Source: Heterodontus francisci
Lineage: Eukaryota
Length of the DNA: 64,000 nucleotides
Assembly (NCBI RefSeq): GCF_036365525.1
Contig: NC_090395.1
Span: 45,390,136 to 45,454,135 of the forward strand
Direction of reading: 5' to 3'
Of this stretch, positions 12,787 to 27,545 are shown piece after piece. A model generated the notes under the pieces. It was not told where the DNA came from and did not search any database. It saw nothing but the letters and a program-made list of their open reading frames with translations. How positions within the stretch are numbered: position 1 is the first letter of the stretch; every line of letters starts with the position of its first letter. The position numbers and the translations under genes are program-made.

Positions 12787-14264
12787 GTAGAGCACAACAC
12801 ATTTTGCACTTGATCGTAATAACTTCTGGGATCAGCCTCATTATAATATTTTGGATGTACACCAGATATCAGAAACATCTGATATTCAGAGGGATGAAGG
12901 TATGAAGAAATAGTATGCAAGTGCAGTATTTAAAGGTCTTCAATCGTCAGGCCAGGTGTCATCATTCCCATTCTTACTGAAGCAAAGCAAACGTTTGGGA
13001 AGTTTGCAGGAGAGCAGGGAGCTCTCAAAATCTAGATAGAACAGTGGAAGTGCCAGTGGAGATAGTAAGGCACAGAGCACTGCCTGACATTAGGTACAGT
13101 TACTGAGAGAAAATAGGAGGTAGCCAGAGTAGTGAATGTCAATTCAAGTACTCCAATACTGCCAGGCAGTGCACAAATAAGTTGAATGACTTTATCAGGT
13201 CAGGCAAGTTAAGGACAGCCAGACACACCTTCACTCACATTGACCTTCCCCCTTACATTGTGTTAAAATACTTTGATTGCTTACCATTAATGCCCCTGAA
13301 TGAAAAGAACGAACTTACATTTATACGTTCTTTTTGTACTCTTTTCAAGCATAAGTCAATCTCTAATGCAAGACACAACTGGTGATCTCACCAAACCTCC
13401 AACCTCCAATCTCCCAGATCAGTTCAAGCACTGAAATCATGTGCTCTGCAGTCTCAATGACGTGTTCAATTATTTCTCTGGTTCATGATGGGATTGGTGC
13501 TCAGTTCGTACCTTGGGATATCAGACAGCTCTCGTGATTCATGACTACAGTGGGTAGTTTTGATCTCCCAGAAGCTACCCCGGGTCAAAGAACGGTGGCC
13601 ATAGTCTGTGGGCACTGTGGCAAATCCCAGGGGAGTAAACATGCATATGCATAATTTAGTACTGCTACTCACAAATGAGCTGTAAGTTGAGAAGGTGGAA
13701 TCCTTTGATGTTAATGCACTTAGTCACATTGTACAAAGAAATCTGAAGTTTCATGTGATGCAATCTAGCATTCTTTGGATGTTTGGGAATTCTGGCACTC
13801 TGCAAAATTCCACTGCTCTGTCATGCCATTGTCATTTGTCTATGGGAATGAAGATGGAATTGCTTGTCTAGCAAAACAATGCAATCTTAACTTTCTTAGC
13901 CCACCTGTACATAACTGATTGGCAAATGTTAGGAATGTACCTAGTGGCAGTTTGGAATGGTCATGTACTGTGAATACTTCGGGTATTTATGTCTTTCACA
14001 GCCACTGACACTTGTGCCCATAGTGGAGTTGAGCTTTGGGTCCACTTATAGCATACAGCAGAAATCCCTGATAAAGCATAGCCTTGACAGATAATAGTTC
14101 TCTGACAAATGTAGCCAACTGTGCCTCTGCCTATATATTGTGGCGTGTCTCTTATTTCTCTCCCATCTCCTCCCATGTCTCTGAGCTAATCTTGTCCATG
14201 CGATTAAGTTTTGTACCTTCAACCCCATGTGTATTAAATTCCTGACTGTAAACAGCCTAGCATT

Positions 14265-14619
14265 TATTTATTTATTTTTATTTAGAGATACAGCACTGAA
14301 ACAGGCCCTTTGGCCCACCGAGTCTGTGCCGACCATCAACCACTAATTTATACTAATCCTACACTAACCCCATATTCCTACCACATCCCCACCTGTCCCT
14401 ATATTCCCCTACCACCTACCTACACTAGGGGCAATTTATAATGGCCAATTTACCTATAAACCTGCAAGTCTTTGGCTGTGGGAGGAAACCAGAGCACCCG
14501 GCGAAAACCCACGCAGACACAGGGAGAACTTGCAAACTCCACACAGGCAGTACCCAGAATTGAACCCGGGTCGCTGGAGCTGTGAGGTTGCGGTGCTAAC
14601 CACTGCGCCACTGTGCCGC
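14265..14619 (-). mobile_element. HE1-like V-SINE
   Basis: Near-identical to 12068-12421. Possible gcatt TSD at 14260-14264 and 14618-14622. Confidence 0.92.
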
Positions 14620-17600
14620 ATTAAGCATGATAACTTTTCTTTCATATGAATTACAACTGCAAAAACTGGCGCTCTACATTTTTGCCTTTCAGCTTTGGGT
14701 CAATTACTGTGTCTTTCAGTCCTGTATTGAAAACTTGATTCTTTTTGCGTCTCTTTGTCTGTTTATGCTTTCTCAACCAAGGCAAGAGCCAGGACATTGA
14801 CTTCCTCTTCATTGTAATTCAGTAATGTACCTGTCAATAGAACCAGCTATATCTTTCTTCCCTCTTGGGATGTGAGTTTAATGAGGACAACTGCTGCTAC
14901 TGTCAAGATGAATGGTGGCCATCCTAAGTAATGGTCTGGAATGAAACAATTGATTCTCATTGAATCAGTACTGATTTCACAAACTGGCCCATCTGGCTTT
15001 TATACATATATTCAATGCCTTTGGCCTTTCTTTTCCAACCTGTGTGAGTTAATATTGACTTAAAATTCAATCTTTAAACATAACTCAATCCCTTTCTGTG
15101 AATAAAATAATGACTGAAAATGCCAAAATGTCACAATCTGTTCTACTGTTATTAAGCAGACCTAACGGATGATGTAATAATGTAATACATTTAAGTTACT
15201 CTGTGCCTATGCAGATTTAGACTGTCAATTAATACTTTACTGTAATCCTCAAAACTACCTTGTGATGATATCAATTGAGTTATCATAGATATTGCTAAAT
15301 CAAGTAATGCTGTTTAATGCAACGCTAGGTACAACTTTATTTTTGGTGACTTTGGCTAATAAGCATTAACTATACTTCACTCAGACATGTACTATGTTCC
15401 TGTTATAATTGATTTCCTTGGGTAATTATTGATATAGTTTGGTCTGATTGTATGACAGTCCAACAAATTTAGGCATCTTATAAATCTCTGAGAAAAACTA
15501 GATGATGATTCATCTCATATTCTTTGATTAATTTAGATCACATATTGAAATGCCCAATACAACAATTCCTGCATATTGTGCAGAATTTAGGATTCATCAA
15601 AGGCAACATTCCAAGAATCATGACCAAGAATATTCCTTTTTGGAAAATTACAAACCAGCCAAGTGGCTTCAGCAAATGATCACCAATTTTCCTCTGTGTT
15701 TTCCTCTCCCAGGAAATTTGCATGGGTGGTAGAGGGAGCAGGTGGTTGCTGATGGGAGTCAGGTTGTGAATAAGTTATACTATGACAGTATGGGACAGGC
15801 TTGATGGTCTTTTCCTACCCCTCATTTTTGTGAGTTTGTAATTGTTTAGTCTCTACATATCCTTTGTAATGGTATGACTCATTTCTTCCAATCCTTCTTG
15901 GGAGTCTTACACAAATCAGTTAAGTTAGAAAAGTGAAACTCTGTAAACCTGTTTATTTTGTGCCTAACCCATGATATTTAATGAAACCACTGTGAAGGCT
16001 CACTATGCACAAAAAGTAACTGAAACAACAAGCAAAACATTTGACAGTAAAGTAGCACGTATTTTCTTCAAGGACATCTGTAGGCAATATGCTTCTAGTT
16101 ATAAAAATGTTTGGTTATGAAATAGATAAAGGAGGAATAGAAAATTCAGTTGACCAAAATAGATAGGATGCATTTCAGACAAAGACACTGTTTATGTATG
16201 TAGGTTGACCAAATTGTATGTTACTTCACTTTTCTTTTCAATAACATAGTTTGGAACAAGCAGTTAGTTGATTTCCCTAGAGAACCTCCTTTACTGTTAT
16301 CACCAATCATCAAAAGAAATTCTGAAAGAATTCAGGATGAAAATTATAGCATTCACACATCCAAACTGACACATGCTCAAGTGGCCAGGTGAGTAAAATC
16401 CATTCTGACAAACACTCTCTTTTGTAGAATTGATTTGTTCTCCTAGTGAATGTCTTGTAACTTTATGTAAGTCGAATTTAACCCTATTAGTGTCAGATCT
16501 CATTGTAAAGGATAACATTTGGCAATGATAGCTCCTAGAATGAAGCTGCCTTCTGCTCCAGGTAAAGAGATGTGCACTCAGTTATACAGGACTTATAATG
16601 TAATACTTTAATCTAATTATTCTGGTTGAGATGTACATATACATATCTACACAAAAAAAGCATTTTGCTGAGTATGGAGCTCTTGAATTGATATGCATTG
16701 CTTGTAAGAATACTATCATATCTTTGCATTGTATGTTAGTGTTATCTTACTGTTTGTTAAGATGCAACTTACAATGGGATAACCTGAAAAGTGACTTGTA
16801 ATCCTAGCAGTACTTAATTTTATTTTTAGTTCTTAAAATCCCCACATATATATTTGGCATATCATCTATCGGGATAATCTACGCACATTATATAAAGCAG
16901 ATCGGAAATATATATTAAATCACAGAAAATAATCAGCTCACAAGAGTTTCTTTTGAAACTGTAGCTTTTTTATGTCTGTATCTAATTTGCTACAAATAGA
17001 CCAGTTGCTCCTGCTTTGCCATTGCAACCTGGCAAAAGTGAGGTGGAAAGCCTGATTCACAAAGCCTCAACTTCATCAATTTTACCTGCACACTCTCCAT
17101 GGCTTTCTGTGCAGGTATTGGTCCCACTGCTAAATTTATGGGCCATTTTTTTTTTAGACTTCCTGGACAGTTAACTAGAACTTGCTCAAACATCTGTTGA
17201 AGGACCTCATCAAGAAGTTGGTGACGGATGAGCCAGGCATTGACTGAGGATTCATCAGTGGTCCTTGTAGCCACCAACTCCAAGTAGCCCAAGAAGCTAG
17301 TGATAGGCTGGTGCCAGTTATACCTCTTAGATTTGAAGGTTTGAGTGAGATTCAGCAAGCCAATGAGAACTCTTTTAATTTATAATCCACTGGATCTTGA
17401 GGCCTCCTGACTGCTGTTCTCCATTTTCCTCCCCAGTTTTCTGGCCAAGGTTTCAAGGGAGTCGAACCGAGCCTTGTTTAAAACCTTGTATGGCTGCAGT
17501 GGAGCCTGGATAGGTACTCAGGCTAGAGAAATCAGCTCCAGTTACTACAGCCTACACATCAGAAGACATGCGCAATTGTGCTTACACAGAAATTAGCTCT

Positions 17601-18984
17601 CCAGCTGGTAATTTTTAAACATTTTCAAATGCGGGCTTATAGATTTCAGACTCTCAGACTATTAAAAAGACTCTGTTTAAGTTTATAAAATATCCAGCTT
17701 CTGCAACAATCCACCTGAGCATTCTTGAAACCAGTTTCACTCTGGACCCAATTTATATCACAAACATTAAAAAACCAAAGAGTTGAGAAACCATTTCTTT
17801 GGTCCAATGCACCAAAGTTTTAAATCCTGTATTGACTCCCTACCTATACCATCACGTTTGCTTTGATGTGAGGCCTAGGCCTTGTGCAGAACAAAAAGGA
17901 AATCACCACAAGATGACTAAAATTACAGTAAAATGATTATTTTATTTTCTGCCAAGTGGGCTAGGAGCTGGGAGTATTTGACTGGCATCCACTGTTATAA
18001 ATGCTGTCATCTTTCTTCAAGCATGTAGGGAAGCAATAGCTGCTATGTTCAAACAGATCCATTTGATGAATGAAAGCATGGTGTTTAAAATGAGAATACA
18101 GGATTGGAATTATCAGTGCCTTGGTTCTTGTAGTACAGTTTCTCACCCTATGAAGTGTTACTAGTTCATTTATAAAAGGAAATGTCTAGCATGAAAGGAA
18201 ATATTCAACATGAATTAAAGTCATGTGCAAGTTGATGGTCACATTGTGCTTGATCAGTTTTGTTTATGCTTGATTGTGCAGTCAGTGGTGGTAGACAGAT
18301 TGGTGATCACTTTAAAAACTAGGGTGTGCTGATATCCATTTTAGACTTGGCAATATAATTGTGGGTAAACATTTACTACTACAAGCCTCTGACAGATGCC
18401 CATCAATCCTGTGCCAAAGGAAGAATCTGATGATCGGATACAATAGCAATCAAATTATATGAACAGAAAATAAAATGAAGAACAAATAGATTACGCCCAG
18501 TTCTAATATACGAAACAACATTAATGAAGTCTAATTTGGAAAATTATACATCAGAATTATCAAAAAATTCACTTGATTCAGAAGTTCATACACTGAAGAG
18601 TAAATGAAGATGAAAACTTTCTAATTGTATGCTTGTGTTAGTAGAATGACCCTTTTTTTTTAAAAAAAAGGAGAAACCTAGGAGAAAGACAATGTGTCAC
18701 ACACCCACCAAGATTGAAAAGAGCAGGCAAGAAGGCAAGTAGTAACTGGATGATGCCAAGATTGTTTTGAAGGCGGCTGCACTTTATAGGAGGAAAGAAA
18801 GGCTAATAATATTCTCACCACAATGCACTGATGAGTATGTATCAATATTAACATTCTCATTCAAATGAATATGGGAAGTAATGATGCCATTATTCTAAGT
18901 GTGGAGCATCACAATAGCAAAACTGGACACACAGAGTTTCAAAATGCAGTTATGATTTTAACCATAAGAAAGGTCATTTTTTTT

Positions 18985-19140
18985 TTACATTTCCTGCCTT
19001 ACACTTGCTTAAAACCTATTACATTTCTAACTTTTCCCAGTTCTGATGAAAGGTCATCAACCTGAAGCTTTAACTCTATTTCTCTCTCCACAGATACTGC
19101 CTGATGTGCTAAGTATTTCCACCATTTTTCTTTTTTCATT
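18985..19140 (+). mobile_element. Penelope-like terminal repeat fragment with a degenerate hammerhead motif (19039-19075)
   Basis: agtt-ctgatga-a-aggtc-atc-aacct-gaag-cttt-aact followed by the ctctctccacagat...gtatttcc block. Confidence 0.72.
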
Positions 19141-19944
19141 TTGTATACAATAAGGTTGGAGGTCGTTAGCAGATTTTTCATGGTTATGGTCACAACAAAA
19201 GATTGTTAGTTCTGCAAAAATAATCTCCGCGTGATTAAGGCCCAAGTGGATTTAAACATATGTGAATATACATTGGCTAATAACAGTACTTTTTATGCAA
19301 CTGTTCGACAGATTAATTTAAATGATAAGCAGTGTATTAAATCCTGTTCCCTCCACAAAGTCTAGTTCAAGCTGATAAGACTTTATCTTTTGCGGGTCGC
19401 TGTTGCAATGAAAGGACTTCTAACTGTCCCTGAGAAGCTGTAATTTTTGGACCCTTATATTATTCATCTAGTTAGGGCTGTACCTTTGCATAACAGTATT
19501 CCACCAAGTTGATGGAGCACTTGAAGTGTTTACCCTACTTCTAATCTTTACATCCACAAATTTTATTCTACAAGCTTTGTTTTTTTGTACTGTAGTGGAT
19601 AGGCTAACTTTAATCTCTTACTGGGGTATGAGGAACCTTAGCAACTAGTCCTTTATCTAGGTATGGGCCATTTCTTGATCTGGGTATTTATCATTCCATG
19701 TCTGAGAGTTTCCAAATTGTCTTTCCCCCATGCACAGAAACGAGATTCAGTTCACATTCCTCCACATTCACCCTCTGGCTAAGAAGCTAAAGCAAAGCAT
19801 GCTGGGATACTTTGACCATTTAAGCTACTTTAAAATATCCTAACAGAGGACATGCTCTCTTGATCTAAAATGTAACAAATCTCTTGTAACTTCACATGTG
19901 CTCTGTTACAAATACACCTTCTCAGAATCAAGATCAGAGACGTT

Positions 19945-20662
19945 GGGCTGAAATTTACCAGCTCCCAAGTGGCGGAAAAGCAGGCGGGACGGCCAGTAAA
20001 ATAGTGGGGAGCTGCATCATGATGACTCTCCGTTGCCGTCCCACTGCTGGGGAGGTTTCCCAGTTGTGGGCTACGAGGCAGATCAGCTGCCCTTTCCACA
20101 GAGCTGGGCAGTCAATTTACATAATTAAGGGCCCAATTAAGGACCGTTGTACAGAGTGTCTGGCATTTTGCCAACAGCTGAGCGATACCTTTCCCGCCAC
20201 CACCCCCCCCCCCCCCCACCATCCACAGCCGTGTGGCCACCAACTTCATGGAAACAGCCTCTCTATGGCAGGTTGGTGTGGGTATCAGAGCCAAAGGCTC
20301 CATGACCCAAAGGTGGGGGCCGCAGGCAGAGAAGGCAGCCTCCGCAGCCCCAGTGATCCCCTGGAGGGTTTTGCCCTGCTACCAGTATGACCTATCGCCC
20401 TTGGCCATCCTGAATTTTAATTTTTAGTTAACCTGTCCGAGGCTGCCTCCATTTTGAGTTACCCCCAAGGTCTCAGACCTGCCTCAGCATTGCTGAAGCT
20501 TCAGAGCTGCCACCCATCTGATTGGCCAGCAACATCAGGAGCTGATTAGGAGGCTGCCTCTGGTAAAATCGCTGAGCTGGTAGCTCTGCCAGCAAGTGCA
20601 ATCCTGGGGCCCGCTTCTCGCCCTGGCATTGGGGTCCCGAGGCCAATCGTAAAATTCAGCCC
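19945..20662. mobile_element. Harbinger-type MITE
   Basis: TIRs gggctgaaatttac / gtaaaattcagccc (13/14 match). Flanks gtt / att. Confidence 0.85.
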
Positions 20663-22569
20663 ATTATTTTCATATTATAAGTGTTTTTGAAAATTGCCCA
20701 TTACCTTTTTGCATCAGGCATGTATTTTCCTCCAATTTAAAACACTGGAACTGAGCACAAGGAAGACGAATAATCGTGTTGTGTGGCTTTTCAGCTCACC
20801 CACACTTTAAACAAAGACCATGAGGGGAAATCTGACATTATTTATTTCCTTTGAATTCAGCATATAATTTTAGTATTCATACAACCAAGACCATAAATGT
20901 TTCATATTGTTACATCCAATTATGCCCCATGGGAATCCTACGAAAGATTCTTCTAATTAACAAAATATTGAAAAGGCAGCCCAAAATGCAAATGTTGTCC
21001 TTTATTTAATTTGAATATCAAATAAGAATAAAATATCCATAAACTAGAGAATATATGATTTGGGAATTTGATGACTGAAACACTTTTCCTAGATGTCAAA
21101 TCGTGACCAAAGTGTATTCTTTTGCAAATCATTTCACAGATATAATTTGTGACATTGTTAGCTCATTCTTAGCAATATAATTTACTGTCAAATAACATAT
21201 ACAGGGGATAATGTGGTTCAAATTGTACAAATTTCATATAGCTCCTAAATATTACAAGAAAGATTTGACTCCAGTTTTATTTTTGACAGCAAGAATATTG
21301 TTATTAAATAATTAGCATGAAACTATCTACATTGATTTATCTTAGTTTAATTTGCCATATCCTGCTGAAGCTGGAGTTAAACATTTCTAACACACAGAGA
21401 TATATGAAAAGATGGGCAAGTTAAGACTGTTAATTGTATATTAATTGTTCAGTTGTATATAGATAGTGGGCAGTAACTGGGGATTTACTTGTGCCCCCAT
21501 GAATAGATACAGACCAAAACTGTGGTGGTTGGGTTAGGAGGTGTATGTTTGTAATGTGTAACTTTGTAAATAAATACTTTCAAAGTGTGTAAAGATTGAC
21601 TCTTGTTCTATTCTTCACCACTGGCTTTCTGAATGAATAACAAAGACCAGTTGGTCCATTACATTCATGTAACCCTATAGATGCTGTGTGTACATTATAG
21701 GTCTACATGTTAATTGTCTGTAAAATGAAAAAAGAAAATGCATATACAAATTACTTAACAAAGCTTTATAGACTTGATATGAATCAAGAATTAATGACAT
21801 GGCTAAACATCATGACACCCAGTGTTCCCACCCAGCAGCAACCATGTCATTTCCTGTCAACGACAAAAAGACTAATTGAGGGGTGAAAATCTGGTACATT
21901 CCTCTTCGATCTCCTACAGTGATCTGGACAGTTTCAGGAGATCACAGTGACCATGGGTTACATACCCAAACTCCCATCCACATTTTATGCAGTGATGTTA
22001 ACTACAGCATGGAATTTGTCCAGCTTCATTTTAAGTTGTTGGAGTGAATGCACACTGATCACACAAGCTTTTGATGCCTATCTGTGTAAAAAAAAAAGCC
22101 TCCTGTATCTAACCTAGCTCTATGCTTGTATAACTTATATGAGATTAATGTCAGGCCAGTGCCTCACCAGGAGCAGTGGTTTGGAGCAGGCTATGAGGAA
22201 TCAGCTTGGTTGGTAATCACAGCTCCTGAGGAATCAGAGAGCACTGCTGCTTCTCCTGGCTCCACAGGGACATATTTTAAAGACAATAAATTTAAACATA
22301 CCTTTCACTGGCAGCCTCTGAGGCAGTTGAAAAATTTTAAGCAGGGCACGCCCAATGCCTGCTCCACTCACCAGTAACTAGTTTCACCAAAAGACCTTAA
22401 TAAGTGTTAAAGCCCTAACTTACATATATAAATGGCCGAGGATGCATGAAAAAAAAATCTATAATTCATTTAGCAGCAGGGCAATGCCTTTGCAGATTGG
22501 TTGCAGGTTGTCCCTCAGCTAAATTAGTATGCTTTTCAATTCACTTTGAACTGCACTGTTAAATTCCCA

Positions 22570-25030
22570 ATTGTCTAGCCTTTTGCACTCCGTTCACCAT
22601 GACATTTCTCCAGTTACTGATCTGCTCAACCACACCCTCACCTCTTATCTTCGACACCCTAGTCTCCATTAAAACATAACCCTTTCCCTGTTCCCTCAGT
22701 ACAGCCCTCATCTCCACTCCCTGAAGTCCAAGGGATGCAGACGTGAATGGATATGATGGACAACTGGTTTAGCCATCCACCATCATTTCTGGCTGGACCA
22801 CATAAAGCACCATCGAGTCCTGCTCTCGTCTGCTAAAACTGCTCACCATTCCAGGATCATCCTGGAATGCAAAGATAACCCTGGCTTCTTTTCTCTACTG
22901 CAAGCCATTTCCTTAAACCCCTCTCCCCTGTCTCCTCCTCACCTCCAATGACAAGTGCAACAAGCTCATGGATTCCTTTGTCACCAAGATTGAGACCTTC
23001 CGATCAGCTGCCTCTGTTGTTACTTCCCTTCTTTCTCTGAGCCCACCAGGTCAAACCACCTCTAAAGCTTCCCCCGTCTTGGCCCTGAGCTTGTATCTTT
23101 CTCTAGTTTCTCTGTTATCTCTCCTCATGCCCTCTTTGACCTCATCTTGTCCATGAGACTCACCTCCTTTTCTCTCGTCCCTGTTCCCACTAAAATACTG
23201 ACCACCAAATTCTCCTCCTCGTCTCCATGTTAACTGATATTGTTTGCAGTTTGCTCTCCTCTGGTTCAGTCCCTCTCTCCTTCAAATCTGCCATTATCAC
23301 CACTCTCCTCAAAAAACCATCCCTTGACCCCACCATCTTGCAAACTACCAATGCAACTCCAACCTCCCTTTCCTCTCCAAAGTCCTTGAACGAGTTGTCA
23401 CCTCCTCTCAAATCCATGCCCATCTTTCCCAAAACTCATGTTTAAATCAATTCAATCAGGTTCCATCCCAGCTCTTATCAAAGTCACAAATAATATCTTA
23501 TGTGACTGTGACAAAGGCAAATTATTTCTCCTCATCGTTCTCAGCCTGCCTGCAGCCTTTGACATAGTTGCTCCTCCTCCAAAGCCTCTCCACCATCGTC
23601 CAGTTGAGTGGGACTGCAGTAGCCTGATTCTATTCTTATCAATTTAATTGTGGCCAGAGAATCACCATCAATGGCTTCTCTTCCCATTCCCACACAATTA
23701 CCTCTGCTGTCTCCCAAAGTTCAATCCTTAGCCCCCTCCTATTTCTCATCTACATGTTGCCTCTCACCAACATCATCCAAAAACACATCAGTTTCCATGA
23801 GTACGCTGATGACACAGATGACACAAAACTTGGAAGTATTGTGAACTGTGAGGAGGACAGTGAAAGACTTCAAGAGGACATAGACAGGCTGGTGGAATGG
23901 GGGGATACATGGCAGGTGCAATTTAATGCAGAGGAGTGTCAAGTGATATGTTTTGGGAGAAAGAATGAGGAGAGGCAATGTAAAATAAAGGATACAATTC
24001 CAAAGAGGGTGCAGGAGCAGAAGGATCTGGGGGTACATATGCACAAATTGTTGAAAGTGGCAGGGCAGGTTGAAAAAGTGGTTAATAAGGAATATAGGAT
24101 CCTGGACTTTATAAATAGAGTCACAGAGTACAAACGCAAGGAACTTATGGCGAACATTTATAAAACACTGGCTCGGCCTCACCTGGGGTATAGTGTCCAG
24201 TTCTGGGTACCACACTTTAGGAAGGGATGCGAAGACATTATAGAGGGTGCAGAAAAGATTTATGAGAGTGTTTCCAGGGATGAGGGACTTCAGTTCTGAG
24301 GATAGATTGGAGCAGCTAGGGCTGCTCCCTTTAGAGAAGAGAAGGTTGAGAGGAGATTTGATAGATATGTTCATAATCATGTCAGTTCTGGACAGCGTAA
24401 ATAGGGAGAAAGTGTTCCCATTGGTGGAAGGGGCAGGAACCAGAACACTCCAATCTAAGGTGAATGCAAAAGACCCAATGGCGACATGAGGAAAAACTTT
24501 TTTACGCAGCAAGTTGTTTGGATTTAGAATGCACTGCCTGAGAGTGTAGTGGAGGCAGATTCAATCAGGGTTTTAAAAAGGGAATTAGATAATTATCTGA
24601 ACAGAAAAAATTGGAAGGGCTATGGGGAAAAGGTGGAGGAACAGGACTCACTGTGTGTACCTCTTGCAGAGAGGAGGCATGGACGTGACAGGTTGAATGG
24701 CCTCCTTATCCGCTGTAACCATTCTATGATTCTATGATACCCAGTTCTACCTCACCACCACCTCTCTTGACCCCTCACTGTCTCTAAATGGTTAGACTGC
24801 TTATCTGACATCCAGTACTGGATTAGCAGAAATTTCCTCCAATTAAATATCGGGAAAACTGAAGCCATTGTCTTCAGTCCCCATCACAAACACTGCTCCC
24901 TTACCACTGATTCCATCCCACTCTCTGGCAACTGTCTGAAGCTGAACCATACTGTTCACAACTGAGATGAACTTTCAACCACATATTCATGCCGTCACTA
25001 AGATTGCTTATTTCCACCTCCATAACAGCT
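22570..25030 (+). mobile_element. L2 LINE split by a CR1 insertion
   Basis: VPLSFKSAIITTLLKKPSLDP, ALIKVTNNILCDCDKG..AAFD, HEYADDT. Resumes after 24740 as cagttctacctcaccacc..., then DIQYWISRNFLQLNIGKTE. Confidence 0.85.
23816..24733 (+). mobile_element. 5'-truncated CR1 LINE nested in L2
   Basis: DDTKLGSIVNCEEDSERLQEDIDRLVEW...ARPHLGYSVQFW, (attctatg)n tail, atgacac/atgatac TSD. Confidence 0.9.
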
Positions 25031-25766
25031 CGTTTCTGAATTTTCACTTTCCCAACAAGTGCGCAACATTCAACTTTTATTTTGGAGTGGATGAGAAGAA
25101 AGCAGTCTACACTGACCAAGAATTCTTCTCATAATTAAAACTGAGTAGAACTGAGGACACGTTTTGCAGTAAGTTACAGAAAAAGGCAGATCCCGTTGTT
25201 ACAAAAGTGATTCTCTGTTCCATATGTACACCAAAAATAATCAGTAATTTTATCCAGTAAATAGGTAAGTCATACAAACCAGGAAGGTCTTGGGTTCAGC
25301 CCTCATCTGTCCTGTGTCAGCTGATTTGCTCTTCAATCTGCCATTCAAGCACTTACCCACTGACTAAGCTGGCCTCCTTGTGCCTACCTTGATTTGGATC
25401 TGTACGAGAGACTAAAATGAGGCCAATTATACCTCTCTTGACCAACTTGACATAGAGACCAGTAATTTATTTTGGGGTTCTCATAATCTGCTGCTGAAAC
25501 TGAAGATCAGCAGTAACTCCAGAGGAATTATGTGAACTGCCATTTATGCTGTTTCTTTAAGATTTATGCTGATCTTCCACTGAACTAATAGAGGGAGATT
25601 GAGGAACATACCTAGAAATTCTACTCCAAAGTCTGTTGGAGTAACTTGCATTTTAGTTAAAATTTGAAGGTGCTAAAATTGACCTTGCTGCTTGTGAATT
25701 AAGGAGGGAAGATCTGTTATGGATGCTGTTCTTAATTATTATCCAATGACCTGGTTGGAAAAGCAA

Positions 25767-26480
25767 GGCCAGAATTTTATGACCCCACCCTAACCCCCCA
25801 ACCTCCCTCCACCCCACAACACCCCCTCCACCCCCAATTTCCGGAGTGGACAGGGAGGCTGGGAGGAGGCGTAAAATTGGTTGGTTGGTGGGGTGTGCTG
25901 TGCCCGTCAAGTATTCATCCCCGCTGGTATTTTACCAGTGGCAGTGCAAGTGGCAGGTAACCCTCCCACCCTTAGGCCAATTGATGTCCTTAATTTGTCA
26001 ATTAATGGCCACCTATGGGCCTCTTTCTGCTGCCAATGGTATTTGACCAGCGGCAAAAGTGCACTCCAGTACCTAGGGAGACTTCCCAGTAAAACCTGGT
26101 GGCCTCTTAGCAGGCTGGGGTGCACCCTCTTGATCGGGCACCCTGTGCCCCATGGAGGGACACCCCCCACCCCGCTCCCCCACCCCCCCACCCCAGTGAC
26201 CTGGGCCGCTCCTGCTAGAACATAACTCTGCCCTCTCAATCGACGTTCCCCCCCTCCCCCCTCCATCTGCTAGCTGGTTAGCCCTGAAGTGCCCTGACCC
26301 CACTTAACTTTTTCTCTAGCTCCATCGCTGACTGGGTCCAGCACCTGCTGAGGCAGAGCATACTACCTCAAAAGGGTGAAAGCCACGACTGCAGGCAGTT
26401 AATTGTCTGACCCACACACAACTCGGTCGTGGTTTTCCAGCTTCTGGGCAGGGCCATTGTCTCCTCATGAAATTCCAGCC
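25767..26480 (+). mobile_element. Harbinger-type MITE (family A-related)
   Basis: TIRs ggccagaattttat / atgaaattccagcc. Flanks caa / cat. Internal similarity to 31149-31887. Confidence 0.75.
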
Positions 26481-27545
26481 CATGTGTGTGATATTGGATG
26501 AGGACTCAATAGCTCAGCTGGTCGACTAACTTACCAATATTTGAGCAGTGTACAGAGTGCAATCAGAAGTTGCTGCTGCAACAAATTAATCCCTTGAAGA
26601 GGCAAGGAGGAAGAAAGAAAAGTTTTTTTTTAAATCGCTCCTGGACAAGAGCTACTTAAGCATTTTCAACTAGACCAAAGACTGAGAAAAGTAGTAGAGA
26701 CTCTTCAGAGGAGTAAACCAGGAGATCACTGATATTACAGATCAAATAGTCGCTGATCAATAATGTGGAAAGATCAATGTGACTATGACCCATGATAATT
26801 TACAACTCAGAAAGCTAACCACGGGTGAATTGCATTAATATATTACCTTTCTTGCAGAAGTTTTCACAATTTTACTTCCAAACTTATTAACTATTTACCA
26901 CATTATCTGCATGTTTTGCAATACAAATGTGTTTCTCAAGGATTAAGTGACAGTGGTAATGCATCACACTGGCATTAACAGTGGGCTCCACTATCAGCTT
27001 GTCATCACTTCGCAGAGTAAGGAGATTTATTAAACCATTCTAAAGAATTACTAAATTAAATTGGCTTCAGTCATCACATGTGAGAAGATGGTTTCACCAT
27101 TGTGCACTAATTGCTATTGGTGAACTACAGCACTCAGCAAGGTAGCGGCCGAAAACAGAATTGAGGTGATTACTCAAAGACATCAATGGCCCCAGAAAAT
27201 TAATGAAGGTGATTCTTATTTTTATTTCTAACTATTTTTTCTCTGTTTTTTCCCCTCTTGAGATTTTACTTTGCTGTGAAGTATTCTATGTGAGATGTGA
27301 AAATGAAATGGGAATGTTGCTTGTAACTAACCAGTAAGTGATGTAACAACAGATGTAGGAAGGCATACGTGAGTTATGCACTTCCAGACAGTTATTTCAA
27401 CAATGCTAGGGAGATCATTTGGAGTGAATTTGAGCATTGTTTGCTTTCATAGAGACAAGGCTTTTTTATGCTTATTCAGAGTATAGAAAGTAGTTGGACA
27501 ATGATCACCACGAGACCCTAAATTGGGGGGAAGCTGAAGAGCAAT

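Noticed and set aside
16990-17640. Moderately GC-rich block with a 122-aa ORF; a similar block lies at about 22140-22560
   Set aside because: Possibly old MITEs, but I could not define TIRs, TSDs or protein similarity.
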